Below, piece by piece: positions 38,844 to 49,876 of a DNA stretch of 64,000 bases. Every line of letters begins with the position of its first letter. Position 1 is the first letter of the stretch. The position numbers and the translations under genes are program-made. Source of the DNA: Octopus bimaculoides (lineage: Eukaryota); the NCBI RefSeq assembly GCF_001194135.2, contig NC_068983.1:102114282-102178281 (forward strand), given 5' to 3'. Under the pieces are notes generated by a model. The model had not been told where the DNA came from and ran no database searches. It saw nothing but the letters and a program-made list of their open reading frames with translations.

Positions 38844-41800
38844 TCTGCTCACTGTATGCATGTGCATCCGTGTGTGTATGTACAGGTGCACACTTGTGTG
38901 TGTGCCTGTGTGAATGTACATTTAAGCACACATACACTTATAAGTATGGATGCATACATGCAGATATATGGGCATGTGCATATATATATATGTGTGTGTG
39001 TGTATATATACCCCCACATCTACTTCTCCCCATCCACATAACCAATTTCTTATAACCACACGGTTGATTTCCTGTTCACCATGCGGTATTTTCTAACTAA
39101 TTGTTGATGCTGAAATACCAGCATCAAACTGCTATACTGCGTGACCTTTCTTGACCAATTACAGGCTAATGTCCAGTAGTAAACATTGACTCTCTTCAAT
39201 CAAACTCTTATTCAGATCCCAATGGCCAAAGACTAGCTACACACTTGAAACTCTGAGTACCAAGGAGTCTGAATCAAACTGTTTTGATCTATATATATAC
39301 ATCTTTGGGTTAAGATTGAACTAATAAATTAATATTTCCAAGACATGGAATTGTATGTAATGTAAAAGATTGTCTGTGACTAATCAATTTTCAATATATT
39401 ATTGCAGTTGACCACTGATGGTGAAGCCAGCCAAGTTATACGTCCAGCCACTCCTGGACAGATCCGCAATGCTGCCATTGTCAACACTCTTTACCAATTC
39501 CATGTAGCTATCTCAAAAGTAATGTTAATGTTTTCTCTTTCTCAAAGAAGTCTTTGCTTTTTTTCATTTCTGTTTTGAAGTTGATACAGTATTGATATGC
39601 AGAAATTTTATTAGCCATTTTATTTCTATTTCGGTTATAGTATACATTGATAATAGCATATATTAGTATACATTAGCTATAGTATTCATTAGCAATATCA
39701 TACATTAGTAATAATATGCATTATTAATAGTATGCATTAGAATATGTTAATAATTGTTTCAAATTATGGTACAAGCCAGTAATTTTAGGAAGAGGTTAGT
39801 TGTTTACATTTACCCCAGTGCTCAACTGGTACTTATTTTGAGTCAAAAGGATGGAAGACAAAGTTGATCTAGACAGAGTTTGAATTCAAAGTGTAAAGTA
39901 CCTGAAGAAATGCTGCTAAGCAGTTTATCTAATGATTCTGCCAGTTTGCTGTTTTGACATTGGGTCAATATAATTCACTGTTCCCCTCTCACCAAAAAAA
40001 TGTACGACTTTGCGTTTCTGAGAAATCAGTGACAACATACATTAGTAATGATATACATGCGCAAGAGTGGCTGTGTGGTAAGTAGCTTGCTTACCAACCA
40101 CATGGTTCCGGGTTCAGTCCCACTGCGTGGCACCTTGGGCAAGTGTCTTCTACTATAGCCTCGGGCTGACCAAAGCCTTGTGAGTGGATTTGGTAGACGG
40201 AAACTGAAAGAAGCCCGTAAAAAAGTAGTAATGTTCTGTATTTTCAAAATGTAATATCTTTTTTTGTTTTTTGTAGTATAAAATTCATTTCTATTTTAAT
40301 TATTAGCATAAGATAGAATCTGATAATTGTGTGTTCAGTATCTAACAAATGTTCTTTTGCTATGTTATGTGGAAATGGGATAAAATATATAAATACCAGT
40401 CTTACAGTGGGATGAAGTGAATCACATATATTCTTTTGATTTTATGGAAATGTCCCTATAGCTGTATTTATTTTTGTTACAGGTGATTTCTGGGTTGAAC
40501 TTTTATCCTAGTGAAGCCCTAGAAAATTTGAATGAATCTTTGAAGGTTTGTATCAGTTTAGTTTATTTCATGTTGCTTTAGCTTTTCACTAATCCCTCCT
40601 CACCTGGGTCAAAAGTAGGTTTCACTTTTGGCTCACTGTTCTCAAGTGCAATAATAGTGCATTATCAACATTTTCCATCTGCTTTTTCATGCTGGCATGG
40701 ATTGCACAGTTCTTCTCCAACACAGTGTCATGCCATTTGTCATTTCATTTATAGGTTCAACATCTTGAGAAGCACTTTCATCTTTTTTGCCTTTAACTTC
40801 CTCTTTTACAGGTTTCTTCCATTTGAATCTTTTGGTACTTGTTGCTTAACTATCATCTACCATATGCATTGGCTGCTCAGTCTTGTTTCTTTGTACACTA
40901 CATCTAATTCTTCTAATATTCAGGTTTTCTCTCACCTCATTTGTGCTCTGCCATTCATGTACACCAACATTAAACATTCAGTGGAGCATGTGTGCTTCGT
41001 TTGTTTCCAATTTTCACATGTACTTTGCATTCATTGCTCATCTTGCTCTATCATACATTGCTCTTGGTACAAAAGCATCATACAATCTACTTTTACCACC
41101 CTATTCTTTACTCTGGCTACAAGACTTTCAAAACACCTTCATTCACTGCTGATTTGGTCATTTAGGTAACAAAAGTTATCAACTATTTCTATAGAGCCTA
41201 CTGAGTATTAACCCTATTACTACATCTTCTTGGTATATCAGGAACAGCCTAATCTCAATCAAAAAGGAAAATAAAGTTAATGTTGCAACATTGTAGTTAA
41301 GTGTGTTTATGACACATTGTTAATATCATTCCCCATAACTGTTGTTTAGTTTTGTTTTTAATAAATAAAAAATGGACTTTTGCAATGAAATGAGCATATG
41401 ATGAACCCAGCACTTCGTCTGATAAACAAGCATGGCTTAGACTCTTTACAGCTGATGTTTACTCTTGACATGAAAAGTTTATCCTTATGCAGACAATCAA
41501 ACTGGTGAAAGTGGTGAGGAAAGTAGTGATTCAGGTGAACAAATATGGTAGTTGAGATAGGTCTATTGTTATTCTCCTGAATTTGTTTGTGATTCTGTTC
41601 ATTAGATTATCTGCAATCGTTACTCTTGAGCTATGTAGAGAGTAAAGTTAGACACAGAGACAGTTAAAAAACTATTTATTTCATGGGTCACTTTCTGCTA
41701 ACTATGCATGTCACATGAAGTCTTCCTTTCCTGTTAACCTGTCTCATTCCACAATATCTCTTGTAATTTACATTGGGAACATTATGAAATCCCTAGCTCC

Positions 41801-44800
41801 ATTTTTTTTTCTATATATTTTGTTTGGCCATTTCCCAGTCTTTGCTAAATTTATTTTGAGGCTTTCCTTTCGTGTTTTGAATTTATTCTTCACTGGGTAT
41901 TGTTTTTATTGTATTAGAATGGTAGATAGGAAATCAGTAAAATACTAGGCGGAACATATTGCAATACTTAACTTCCTTTACATCCTCAGTTCGATTCCTG
42001 TCCATGTTGACTTTTCCTTTTATCCTTCTGAGATGGATAAAATGTGTACCAGATTATAATGCTTCCCTCCTCCCTAAAAAGACCCCAACAAAACAAAAAT
42101 CAATTTATGGGTTTTGTGCCTATGCTAGAGATCATTATTGTTACTACTACTTTTTTCAGGATGTTGTTATGCTGATGAGTTCAGGTATACAGCCATTGCT
42201 GTCATCTATCTCAGATGCACTGGAAGCTATCATATTAACCATTCACCAAGAAGATTTTTCTGGGTAAATATTGTTTAAAATATCTTTATCATGGCTTTTA
42301 TACTGCTGCATGTATTTCTGAATCATTTGGATTTCTTTTAAAAGACTATTTGGTTAGAATTTTTTTTTTTAATGAATTAACATTATTTGTTCCCTTACTT
42401 TCAAGAATTCTTGACTTGTTTGTAAATTTTTCTACAAACAGCTTATTAAATCAATTAGTTATTTTAATATAAATATTTTATTTCAATGAGAGATGTTAGG
42501 AAGAGGGTTCATATTTGCCATATGTACCTCACTTCAGTTACATGGTTCTGATTTTTAAGGTTACAGCCATTTGGTGGTGGGGAGGGGGCGATAGATTGGC
42601 TCAGTTCTTTTAAAAGAGTTAAAGATAAGATTATAGACAATGGTTTGACACAAAGATAAAGTATTTTTGTATTAAGTTGATAATATAATATATTAATTCC
42701 TTAAAATTTCCTAAGTGATTAAAATAAAATAGAAAGAAAAATATTGATATGTAAATTTGATTCAAATGAAATGTTTAAAATTAAAAAAATTTTTTTAAAT
42801 ACATGCATCACATTTTGAAAATAGCATCCTGCTTCAGGTATAACTCTTGTGTTCTCTTTACATTTTAGTGATGCTCCAACCAGTACTGCTGTAGATGCTC
42901 CCTGTTCCCTGTACATGAAGGAACTACAGAGCTTTATTGCACGGGCACGCACTGACTATTTGTCACCGTTTACTTGTGCTGATTTCATCTTTAACAGGTA
43001 AATGTCATGTCACAATTTTCTCATTTCTACTACTTGTTTGACAAGTCAAGCTAGAGATTTATAGGCAAATCAAAATCAGATGAGAGAGAGACATTGGGCT
43101 TATGTATGTGAGAGAGATGATTGTATTGGTAGGGCTATGTCATGTAAACGGATGACATGTGTTGAATGAAAAATTTGTATGCATTGACAATGGAAGGTAC
43201 TTATGGTACAAGTAGTTGTGAATTTAGATCTCAGAATCTTGGGCTTCAAAGACAAAGTTGTTATATACTGATGCAGACTAGAACAATTCATACAGTCAGA
43301 CTTGCTGAAATCACTTAAGAGATTTTGCATATGTCAGAATGAAAAAATAACTTTTGTTATTATATGAAAATCTACTATTTTCTGTATAAAGATGAAATTT
43401 TATGCTTTTAGCTTCCACTTTAGAAATGATCAAATTTCTTTAGTATTTACTTTGGTTCAACAAAATATGTTCCTCTATCTCACATACGCAATTCTGCATT
43501 TAGTAGAATATATAATTTAAAATATTGTTTTTTTTGTGAAAATTCACCATCCTCATTATGTGTTTAGAAATTTGTAGTCCATTCAAATTCATTTTCTAAA
43601 ATTCTAAAGTTTTTTTTTCGCTCCAAAATGTGTTCAAATATGGCTCTGTGTTTAAGAAGTTCACCATGGGCACATGTCTCTTAGAACTGCATTGCTTCTA
43701 TCAAAGCCTCTAGGGTGGAATTTTGTAAACCCTAACTGTATGGAAGCCCAGTGGAGCAATTGTTCCTGTTTTTGTGTAATAGACATAGTTTGTTACTTGG
43801 GTTAAATGTCACCATTTGATCCTTGTATATCTCTAGTGAAGTCCACTCTCTTGCAAGTATTTAAAGCAATTAGAAAGGCCAACTTTTTCCCATGGAGGTC
43901 CTGAAAAAAGGTCTTGGGCATGGCTCTTCCACTCCCAACTAAGTCATTAAAAAAAGTATCAATACAAAAGAAGGGGAAAAAAATTGTGAAAATACACTCT
44001 TTCATGTTATTGTTTTATTGCAGTATAAATGGAGTTTGTTGTCGATGTATTGAACTGTTTGTGCGACATGCTTGCTTAATTCGGCCTCTGGGAGATGGTG
44101 GGAAAATGAAACTTGCATCAGATTTTGCTCAAATGGAAAGTGCTCTTTCTCCATTTTGTCATCGTCCATCTGATCTAGGTCGACCCTATCGTCTTCTCAG
44201 AGCTTTCAGGTTTGTTTTAGCTACCTTTTCTTCAACTAATTGCAGCCTTGAGTGTAAAACAGAAAAGTTTTTAAATTTGTTTTTCTTTATGTATCTAATC
44301 AAATAAATTTGAAACCTTGTTATAATTACTGATCTAAGATATTTAATTCATTATTCTGAGCTAGTAAGTTTTGTTAATTGGTTTAAAATTGTACAAAGAA
44401 ACAACAAACAGAGACAGGTTAGTTTACATAAGATTCAGTGTCATAATATAAGATATAATATTTTTTATGTTACTGATTCTTATAAACTTAGTCTACAATA
44501 CCTTGTAAAACAATTTCTTTTAGCTTCAAAATCATGTTTAGAATATATATATACTCTTTTACTTGTTTCAGTCAATTGACTGTGGCCATGCTGGAGCACC
44601 GCCTTTAGTCGAGTAAATCGACCCCAGGACTTATTCTTTGGAAGCCTAGTACTTATTCTATCGGTCTCTTTTTGCCGAACTGCTAAGTTACAGGGACGTA
44701 AACACACCAACATCGGTTGTTAAGCGATGTTGGGGGGACAAACACATACACACATACATATATATATATATATACATATATACGACAGGCTTCTTTCAGT

Positions 44801-45151
44801 TTCCATTCACCAAATCCACTCACAAGGCTTTGGTCGGCCCGAGGCTATAGTAGAAGACACTTGCCCAAGGTGCCACGCCGTGGGACTGAACCCGGAACCA
44901 TGTGGTTGGTAAGCAAGCTACTCATCACACAGCCACTCCTACGCCTATATATATATATCCAAAGTTTTAAATTTTTACATTTAAGAGAGAGATTTGATGC
45001 TAATATCCATATCAATGTTATTTATTCCTATGTCAACATTTCTGTATAAAGCTATATTTGACCCTAAATTAGATCCCTAAGGAGTCTAATTTAGATTTTT
45101 TTGTGGTGAAATCTCCTGCTATATTAGTAACGATTACATAGTTTACTTTGA

Positions 45152-45190
<39 letters not shown>

Positions 45191-46932
45191 TATGATTTTG
45201 GAACTAAAAATAGAAATTTTGTGGAAATATAAGAGAGATATCCACAATTAGAAATAACATCTTGCAGATTATAAGATAAATATTTGAAAGAAAAGTTTTC
45301 ATATTATATGATATACTTGTAGCATGTTCCTTGTCTTGTGAATGTTCACAAATAACTTAAATAGCATCAGTGATTAAAAAATATTTTATCTTACTCTTGT
45401 TTCCATTTCAAAACTGATTTTCTTTGATTACTTAAAGATATACATATACAATCAATAATGTAAAGTATATGCTGAACCGTATTGAAACAGGTTACAGAAG
45501 TGTTATAAAACACTCTGAAGGAATGCAGAAATAGACAGTCAGTATGTGTCTGATTATTGACAAAGATGTCTCTTCTAATATTTAACCCTTTTTTATTAGT
45601 GTCATAACACTGATTTTAATTGTATGAAATTAAATTTTAATTGAAGAATTCCTTTTTTGTTTTCAGGCCATTATTATTCCAGTCTAGTGAACATATTTCC
45701 AGAAGTCCTGTCCTTGGTGATGTCATTCCTTATAGTTTGGTTTTGAGCTTCTTATTTGCTAGAGCTCCTGCAGAACTTACATCTCCTCATCAGGTATATA
45801 TAAATATATCCTTTTTTTGTTTAAGATATTCCTTAAATATTTTGTTTTCTTCAAAAAATATATAATAATAATAATAACAACTAGCTGGACCCATGAAAAA
45901 CATAAAAAATGTAAGCATCTGTAAACAGTGTACTGGTGCCATGAGAAATGTTTGTATATTATGACTGTCTGTCTTTGCGTTCTGAGTTCAAATTCTGCCG
46001 AGGTTGATTTTGCCTTTCATCCTTTTGGGGTTGATAAATTAAGTACCAGTTGTGTACTGGGGTTGATCTAATCAACTGGCCCCCTCCCCACAAAAATTTC
46101 AGGCCTAGAAAAGTATATTGTGACAGTTACAGAATATAGAAAGTAATGTAATACCAATGCCTATATAATCCAACCAAAATATCTCAGTTACACAAATGTA
46201 AACAGAATTACTATTAACCTTAAAATACATTGTACATATTCAGAGAACCTTCTTGGTTTAGTGGTGCAGAACGTTTTTCTGATATTCTTTTACTTGTTTC
46301 AGTCATTTGACAGTGGCCATGCTGGGGCACCACCCTTTAGTTGAAGAAATTGACCCCTAGACTTATTCCCTGTAAGCCTGGTGCTTATTCTATTAGTCTT
46401 TTCTGCTGAATACCTAAATTATAGGGATGCAAATGCACCAACATTAGTTGTCAAGCAATAGTGGTGGTGAGACAAACACTGACACATACATACATACATG
46501 TGATAGGCCTGGAGGTAGTGGTGATGCTAGTTGGTGTGATTTTATGGTTTGCCGAGAGAGAGATCCAGCGGGCCCCTAACTGGTTCCCCGATCTTAAAGA
46601 TGCAATGTGGATGTGTAATGATGACACATCAACAGATGTCCCAGAAATTCTAACTTAAAAAATATAGAAAGATAAAGACAACATTGTATTCCAAAGCTAA
46701 AAGATGTTTTTTAGCTGAGGTGTAATTTTATAATGAAAACAAATTCAAAATTTAAATTTTGGAGCAAAGCACCATGTTTTTTGGTGTATGGCTGCAGTTG
46801 AAATGGGTTAAAACAAATGTGTATGTGTGTGTGGTTGGGCCTTTAATAGCAGTTTTAAGGTCAGTTGAAGAAAGGAATTCAAAACGGCAACATGCACAAT
46901 CATATACATACAAACATACACAAACGCGTACC

Positions 46933-46965
<33 letters not shown>

Positions 46966-49766
46966 TAAGTGTCAAATAGTCCACAATGAAGTCTTCATCT
47001 CTTTCTCTCTCTCTCTCTATTCCTACCTGTTGCTTTGCCACTGACTGGAATTGTTTTAGTTGTCTTCAAGCTCTTTCTCTCTCAGTTTTTCAATAAATGT
47101 CCAAAATGGTTCAGTGTTTCAATTGAAAAACATACACAATGTATTAGACAGTTTTTGTTTAGGATAGGTATCCAATATTTGCTGTGGTTAAAAACACAAA
47201 ACAAACACCATCTTCCTTTGAGTCACCACTCACTCCTCTCTCATATGTATATATGTCTCAAGTTGTAGCTGTAATTCAAAGGGGCCAGCCTTGTCATATT
47301 CTGTGTGAGGCTGAATCTGCCTGAGACCTATGTTAATGTTATACATGTCTGTGGAGTACTCAGCCGTTTGTGAGTTAATTTTATCCTCATGTGGTAATGA
47401 AAAGTGAAATTGACATCCAATATTTGCTGTGTGTATGTATCTATGTATGAACTTTTCTTTGGATTTATGGACCTACTGTCTCTCACTTTCTCTTTCATTT
47501 CCTTTGTGTCCCTCTTCCTTCCCGCTTTTGATTTAACAGTGTGTATGTGTATCTACTTCTCTTATGATGAACGCCGTCACCACTCACTGTCCCTTTCACT
47601 CTCACTCTCTTACTTCCTCTGTCTCACATTGCCACTTCTTTGAAGTAAGTGTGATGCACACAACATGCACAAAAACAAAAAGTTAGCGTATTAATATTGA
47701 TAATAATCCCTCTATTTTATGCCAAAGTGTACATTTGCCATTGGTTTTAAACTTTCAGGTGAGCTGTCTTTTATTATGGAGTAATATAAAATGTTTCTTA
47801 ATCTTTTAAAAGCAAAATTAAATATATTAAGTCATCAACTTTACCAGTAATTAATTACTTCTGTTTCAGAATGCTGACTGGTCAGTGAGTTATTATTCCC
47901 AATGGTTAGATAATCACACATCAGAAAAAGATAGACTCACATTTATTAAGTAAGTTTCTTTTGTGCATTCCTAGAAGTGTGTCATTTTCTTTTTCTAATT
48001 TATGGGTCAGCAAACCATGAATTCTGACCCATTGCTTCATTTCAACTGACCTGGCAAATTCATTGGATATGTGATGTTGCATGCAAGTTCTTTGTTTTCT
48101 GTATGTCTGTGGTAGGCAAAAAAATACAGTATTGAAAATGGAGCAAAAGGGTTATATGCAGTGGCTTTAAATGAAGCAGTGTTTTATATTAATACAGAAA
48201 AAAATTTCCCTAGGTGGGAGATTTTACATATTTTCATGTTCCTAAATGAATAGAGCAATAGACACCAACAGTGTTTCATATGTTGCTTATAAATGAGGAA
48301 ATGACAGTAAAAGTGTTTACTTATCTGTTGCAGAAAGCAAGTAAACTGGCTGGTGCCACAATTTAAAAATATCAACATATTCACTTGTCTATCTATACTT
48401 TCAACAGTGTTTTTCATATCTCATTGAAAATGTGAAGGCATTAAAAAATTTTTTTTCAAAATCCATCTGATTTGCATTATTGAAGAACTTCTGCCAAGAT
48501 CATCAGCTTGAAGTTATTGATCTGCAGCCAAAGGAGATGTTAAAAGACTAGTACAAATGGGAAACCTAGATCAACTTTTAAGAGTTTAGCATTTAGCACA
48601 TAATATTTATGTAAAAAAAAAACATTTTTGAAGTTGAATTATGTTAAATTGGCTAACCATTTTCAGTCAGTTTTGAATATAAGAACACAAAATTTGAACT
48701 GCAGTCTGATTATAGGGTCTTCTGCCCACCAAGATTTCATAGTCTTCATTGAGTGATATTACAAGGAAGTTTAAGGTGTCAAGCTGGCAGAATCGTTAGC
48801 ACTCTCAGCGAAATGCTTAGAGGCATTTTGTCCATCTTCACACTCTGAATTCAACTTTGCCTTTCATCTTTTCGGGGTTAGTAAAATAAGTACTAGTTGA
48901 TCACTGGGGTCAATGTAACTGACGTAGCGCCTCCCCCGAAATTGCTGGCCTTGTGCCAAAATTTGAAATATATATTACAGGGACATTTATCAAGGTACAT
49001 ACTCTTATAATGTAAAATATTAAAGTAATTAAACAAGTCATGTCTATTGCTTAGTATGATTATAGTTTAACTTTTTATTAACCTCAGCCTGTAAAGCATA
49101 AAAATATTCCCAATTTGTTCTCCTTCCCCCAAAAGTTTGCTAACACCTATTTTACTGACTAGATCATTTCAGTAGCAGAATAAATTTTCATTTTAAAGTA
49201 AAGTTAAATATTTTCTATTGATATTGGGTATTTTATTTGAAAACATTAAATGGATTTGTAAAAGTTAAGAAGATATCCACATAACTCTTTTACATGATAT
49301 TTATTGTGATTTATAACTGTCTTCCACATCATGGAAAATACACTGAAATATATTTAAGAGGCTAAAAGCTGCCAAAAACTGGTTATTTCCTGATATTGAT
49401 GAGAAGGAATAGTATGATGCATATTGGTAGGATTAAGTACCAAGAAGTAGTAGAAGAAGAGGGTAGGAAGTCTTGTACTGAAGTAATCACAAGATCTTGA
49501 CAAGTTAGGTATGACAGATAAAATGACGATGCTACCTATATGTGTGTGTGTAACCTGAATACTTTTACCATTTTTGATGAATTTCAGAATAAATATTAAC
49601 ACCTTGTATTTGAATGATGCTATAGGGTGATATTTTCATTATCTTTTACAGAGGTGCACTGGAAGCCTATGTACAGCAGGTTAAATGTCGTCAGGGCAAG
49701 AAGTTTGCCGACATATATCCTGTTATGTTAGAATTGCTTCAACAAGGTCTTCAACAAGCAACCTGA
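15866..49766 (+). CDS. COG5: Conserved oligomeric Golgi complex subunit 5, complete spliced CDS of 22 coding exons, 2433 nt, about 810 aa
   Basis: join(15866-15902,17273-17412,19807-19864,20058-20112,21650-21719,22940-23060,23992-24122,26331-26496,27555-27667,29361-29438,31718-31805,32084-32282,34049-34210,35076-35175,39408-39518,40483-40545,42160-42263,42869-42997,44024-44209,45667-45793,47870-47949,49652-49766). All introns are GT-AG and the frame stays open to TGA at 49764-49766. An in-frame TAG at 15842 lies upstream of the ATG. Peptides match animal COG5 as I recall it: [86 protein letters not shown]. Confidence 0.97.
16805..17035 (+). mobile_element. tRNA-derived SINE family A; other copies about 533-740(-), 1312-1480(+), 18160-18375(+), 27830-27960(+), 32355-32560(+), 33590-33720(-), 39765-39960(-), 45968-46112(+), 48773-48968(+), 51415-51600(-)
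   Basis: Recurrent gctggcagaatcgttagca...aaatgcttagcggtatttcgtc...ttctgagttcaaatt...gaggtcgactttgcctttcatcct.tcggggtcgat. A-box-like TGGCAGAATCG and B-box GAGTTCAAATT. Confidence 0.85.
17273..17412 (+). CDS. COG5: COG5 coding exon 2 ([14 protein letters not shown]...LDKEIHNQ)
   Basis: tttag| acceptor, CAG|gtcaga donor, 140 nt; matches the COG5 FDVK...EQLAKL...LDKE segment. Confidence 0.93.
17445..17760 (-). mobile_element. RTE-clade LINE 3' end (ORF end + 3' UTR + (GAT)n tail)
   Basis: The minus strand reads [34 protein letters not shown], a degenerate RTE GRPRKTW...DL...DRxxW C-terminus, followed by the shared GGCATCCAGTTGTAGA...ATGCTAGCATGGGAA...GATGATGAC tail. Confidence 0.8.
19028..19108 (+). 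repeat. Perfect 27-bp tandem repeat x3
   Basis: (atttcacccaccagtttctgaatttaa)3. Confidence 0.95.
19807..19864 (+). CDS. COG5: COG5 coding exon 3 ([19 protein letters not shown])
   Basis: ctag| and G|gtaact, 58 nt; HEDLLxQATG motif. Confidence 0.95.
20058..20112 (+). CDS. COG5: COG5 coding exon 4 ([19 protein letters not shown])
   Basis: tcag| and CG|gttagt, 55 nt. Confidence 0.95.
21650..21719 (+). CDS. COG5: COG5 coding exon 5 ([23 protein letters not shown])
   Basis: catag| and CAG|gtcagg, 70 nt. Confidence 0.95.
22940..23060 (+). CDS. COG5: COG5 coding exon 6 ([19 protein letters not shown]...AAQSLNEL)
   Basis: ttcag| and G|gtaaga, 121 nt. Confidence 0.97.
23992..24122 (+). CDS. COG5: COG5 coding exon 7 ([16 protein letters not shown]...LEQGMETQ)
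   Basis: tgcag| and CAG|gtgagg, 131 nt. Confidence 0.96.
24710..24965 (-). mobile_element. CR1/Jockey-type LINE ORF2 C-terminal remnant
   Basis: Minus strand [17 protein letters not shown]...HP...HYTQFF...[20 protein letters not shown], with frameshifts. Confidence 0.55.
25068..25316 (-). mobile_element. Young RTE-tail repeat copy; other copies at about 18530-18800(-), 24205-24478(+), 33330-33505(-), 50036-50260(-), 54835-54910(-), 59890-60450(+), 61100-61410(+), 61780-62010(+)
   Basis: Shared core ggttggcgttaggaagggcatccagctgtagaaa...ccaacccatgctagcatggaaagcggacgttaaa(cgat)n or its reverse complement. Confidence 0.85.
26331..26496 (+). CDS. COG5: COG5 coding exon 8 ([15 protein letters not shown]...); the 3' end may be 26490 or 26496
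   Basis: tatag| acceptor; two in-frame donors 6 nt apart (gtcaag, gtcagt). Confidence 0.92.
27555..27667 (+). CDS. COG5: COG5 coding exon 9 ([30 protein letters not shown]...)
   Basis: tttag| and CAG|gttagt, 113 nt. Confidence 0.97.
28283..28510 (+). mobile_element. About 225-bp MITE bounded by TTAA-CCCTTTAGCA...TGCTAAAGGG-TTAA; five copies: 21258-21486 (opposite orientation), 28283-28510, 36045-36269, 52195-52421, 62803-63029
   Basis: Same internal sequence in all copies, with TIRs of about 12-16 bp and TTAA at both ends. TTAA plus CCC termini is the piggyBac signature. Confidence 0.85.
29085..29320. repeat. Degenerate trinucleotide (CAT/TAT/GTT)n low-complexity tract
   Basis: Seen directly. 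It continues from the tail of the SINE at 28665-29100 and produces the spurious poly-H, poly-I and poly-M ORFs. Confidence 0.9.
29361..29438 (+). CDS. COG5: COG5 coding exon 10 ([26 protein letters not shown])
   Basis: attag| and AAG|gtgtgt, 78 nt. Confidence 0.96.
30077..30768. mobile_element. Non-autonomous DNA transposon (about 690 bp) in COG5 intron 10
   Basis: Perfect 24-bp inverted repeat tacatatgaggcgtttagtaacag (30077-30100 / 30745-30768), extending inward to about 41 bp with 4 mismatches. No ORF. Confidence 0.8.
31718..31805 (+). CDS. COG5: COG5 coding exon 11 ([17 protein letters not shown]...)
   Basis: atcag| and G|gtatag, 88 nt. The alternative AG at 31723-31724 would break the frame. 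Confidence 0.88.
32084..32282 (+). CDS. COG5: COG5 coding exon 12 ([27 protein letters not shown]...)
   Basis: tcaag| and GA|gtaagt, 199 nt. Confidence 0.96.
34049..34210 (+). CDS. COG5: COG5 coding exon 13 ([32 protein letters not shown]...)
   Basis: ggtag| and AG|gtaagg, 162 nt. Confidence 0.95.
34350..34570 (+). mobile_element. CR1/L2/Jockey-type LINE reverse transcriptase fragment
   Basis: [24 protein letters not shown] / frameshift / YADDTALH, corresponding to the RT motifs GVPQGSxLSPxLFxxYIND and YADD. Confidence 0.8.
35076..35175 (+). CDS. COG5: COG5 coding exon 14 ([19 protein letters not shown]...VKSEQL)
   Basis: tgcag| and TTG|gtaagt, 100 nt. Confidence 0.97.
36621..38300. repeat. 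Long inverted repeat (arms about 36621-37353 and about 37607-38300, spacer about 250 bp) in COG5 intron 14
   Basis: Colinear reverse-complement matches along the whole arm, e.g. tcatgttaacctgattagtt / aactaatcaggttaacatga, atggacatggtcagtctaaga / tcttagactgaccatgtccat, acacctgtttccagtagtcat / atgactactggaaacaggtgt. Roughly 80-85% identity by eye. Confidence 0.92.
39408..39518 (+). CDS. COG5: COG5 coding exon 15 ([29 protein letters not shown]...)
   Basis: tgcag| and AAA|gtaatg, 111 nt. Confidence 0.95.
40483..40545 (+). CDS. COG5: COG5 coding exon 16 ([21 protein letters not shown])
   Basis: tacag| and AAG|gtttgt, 63 nt, phase 0-0. Weakly conserved sequence, but it sits between the flanking conserved blocks. 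Confidence 0.8.
40655..41195 (-). mobile_element. Old RTE-clade LINE RT C-terminal remnant
   Basis: Minus strand [14 protein letters not shown]...LYDAFV...[15 protein letters not shown]...[11 protein letters not shown], ending in a CCATGCCAGCATGAAAAAGCAGATG tail. Many stops. Confidence 0.75.
42160..42263 (+). CDS. COG5: COG5 coding exon 17 ([14 protein letters not shown]...IHQEDFSG)
   Basis: ttcag| and GG|gtaaat, 104 nt. Confidence 0.96.
42869..42997 (+). CDS. COG5: COG5 coding exon 18 ([25 protein letters not shown]...)
   Basis: tttag| and AG|gtaaat, 129 nt; [10 protein letters not shown] motif. Confidence 0.94.
44024..44209 (+). CDS. COG5: COG5 coding exon 19 ([30 protein letters not shown]...)
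   Basis: tgcag| and AG|gtttgt, 186 nt. Confidence 0.97.
44553..44945 (-). mobile_element. tRNA-derived SINE family B, young full-length copy with 'D' body; other B heads about 23365(+), 25580-25965(-), 26535(+), 28665(+), 34690(+), 40064(+), 46265-46500(-, body only), 50570(-), 51722(-), 54910(-), 58180(+), 59085(+), 63205(+)
   Basis: Head gagtggctgtgtggtaagtagcttgcttaccaaccacatggttccgggttcagtcccac..ggcaccttgggcaagtg with A/B boxes. CCTTGGGCAAGT resembles the start of the CORE domain. It may be the described octopus OR2 family; not verified. Confidence 0.88.
45667..45793 (+). CDS. COG5: COG5 coding exon 20 ([22 protein letters not shown]...SPHQ)
   Basis: ttcag| and CAG|gtatat, 127 nt. Confidence 0.97.
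47870..47949 (+). CDS. COG5: COG5 coding exon 21 ([26 protein letters not shown])
   Basis: ttcag| and AA|gtaagt, 80 nt. Confidence 0.95.
49652..49766 (+). CDS. COG5: COG5 coding exon 22, terminal ([37 protein letters not shown])
   Basis: tacag| acceptor, TGA stop; GALEAYVQ motif. Confidence 0.96.
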
Positions 49767-49876
49767 CATAGAAGAAAACTATTTTTAAACAGTCAAAATT
49801 GTGGGTGAAAAACAGAAAGGGAGTTACATATGTATCTTGTTGAGGGGGAAAAACTTGTTTATTTATTTTTTGTATC

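Noticed and set aside
41370-41560. Acidic Ser/Glu-rich stretch reminiscent of a transposase N-terminus
   Set aside because: Short, interrupted by stops, no catalytic motif.
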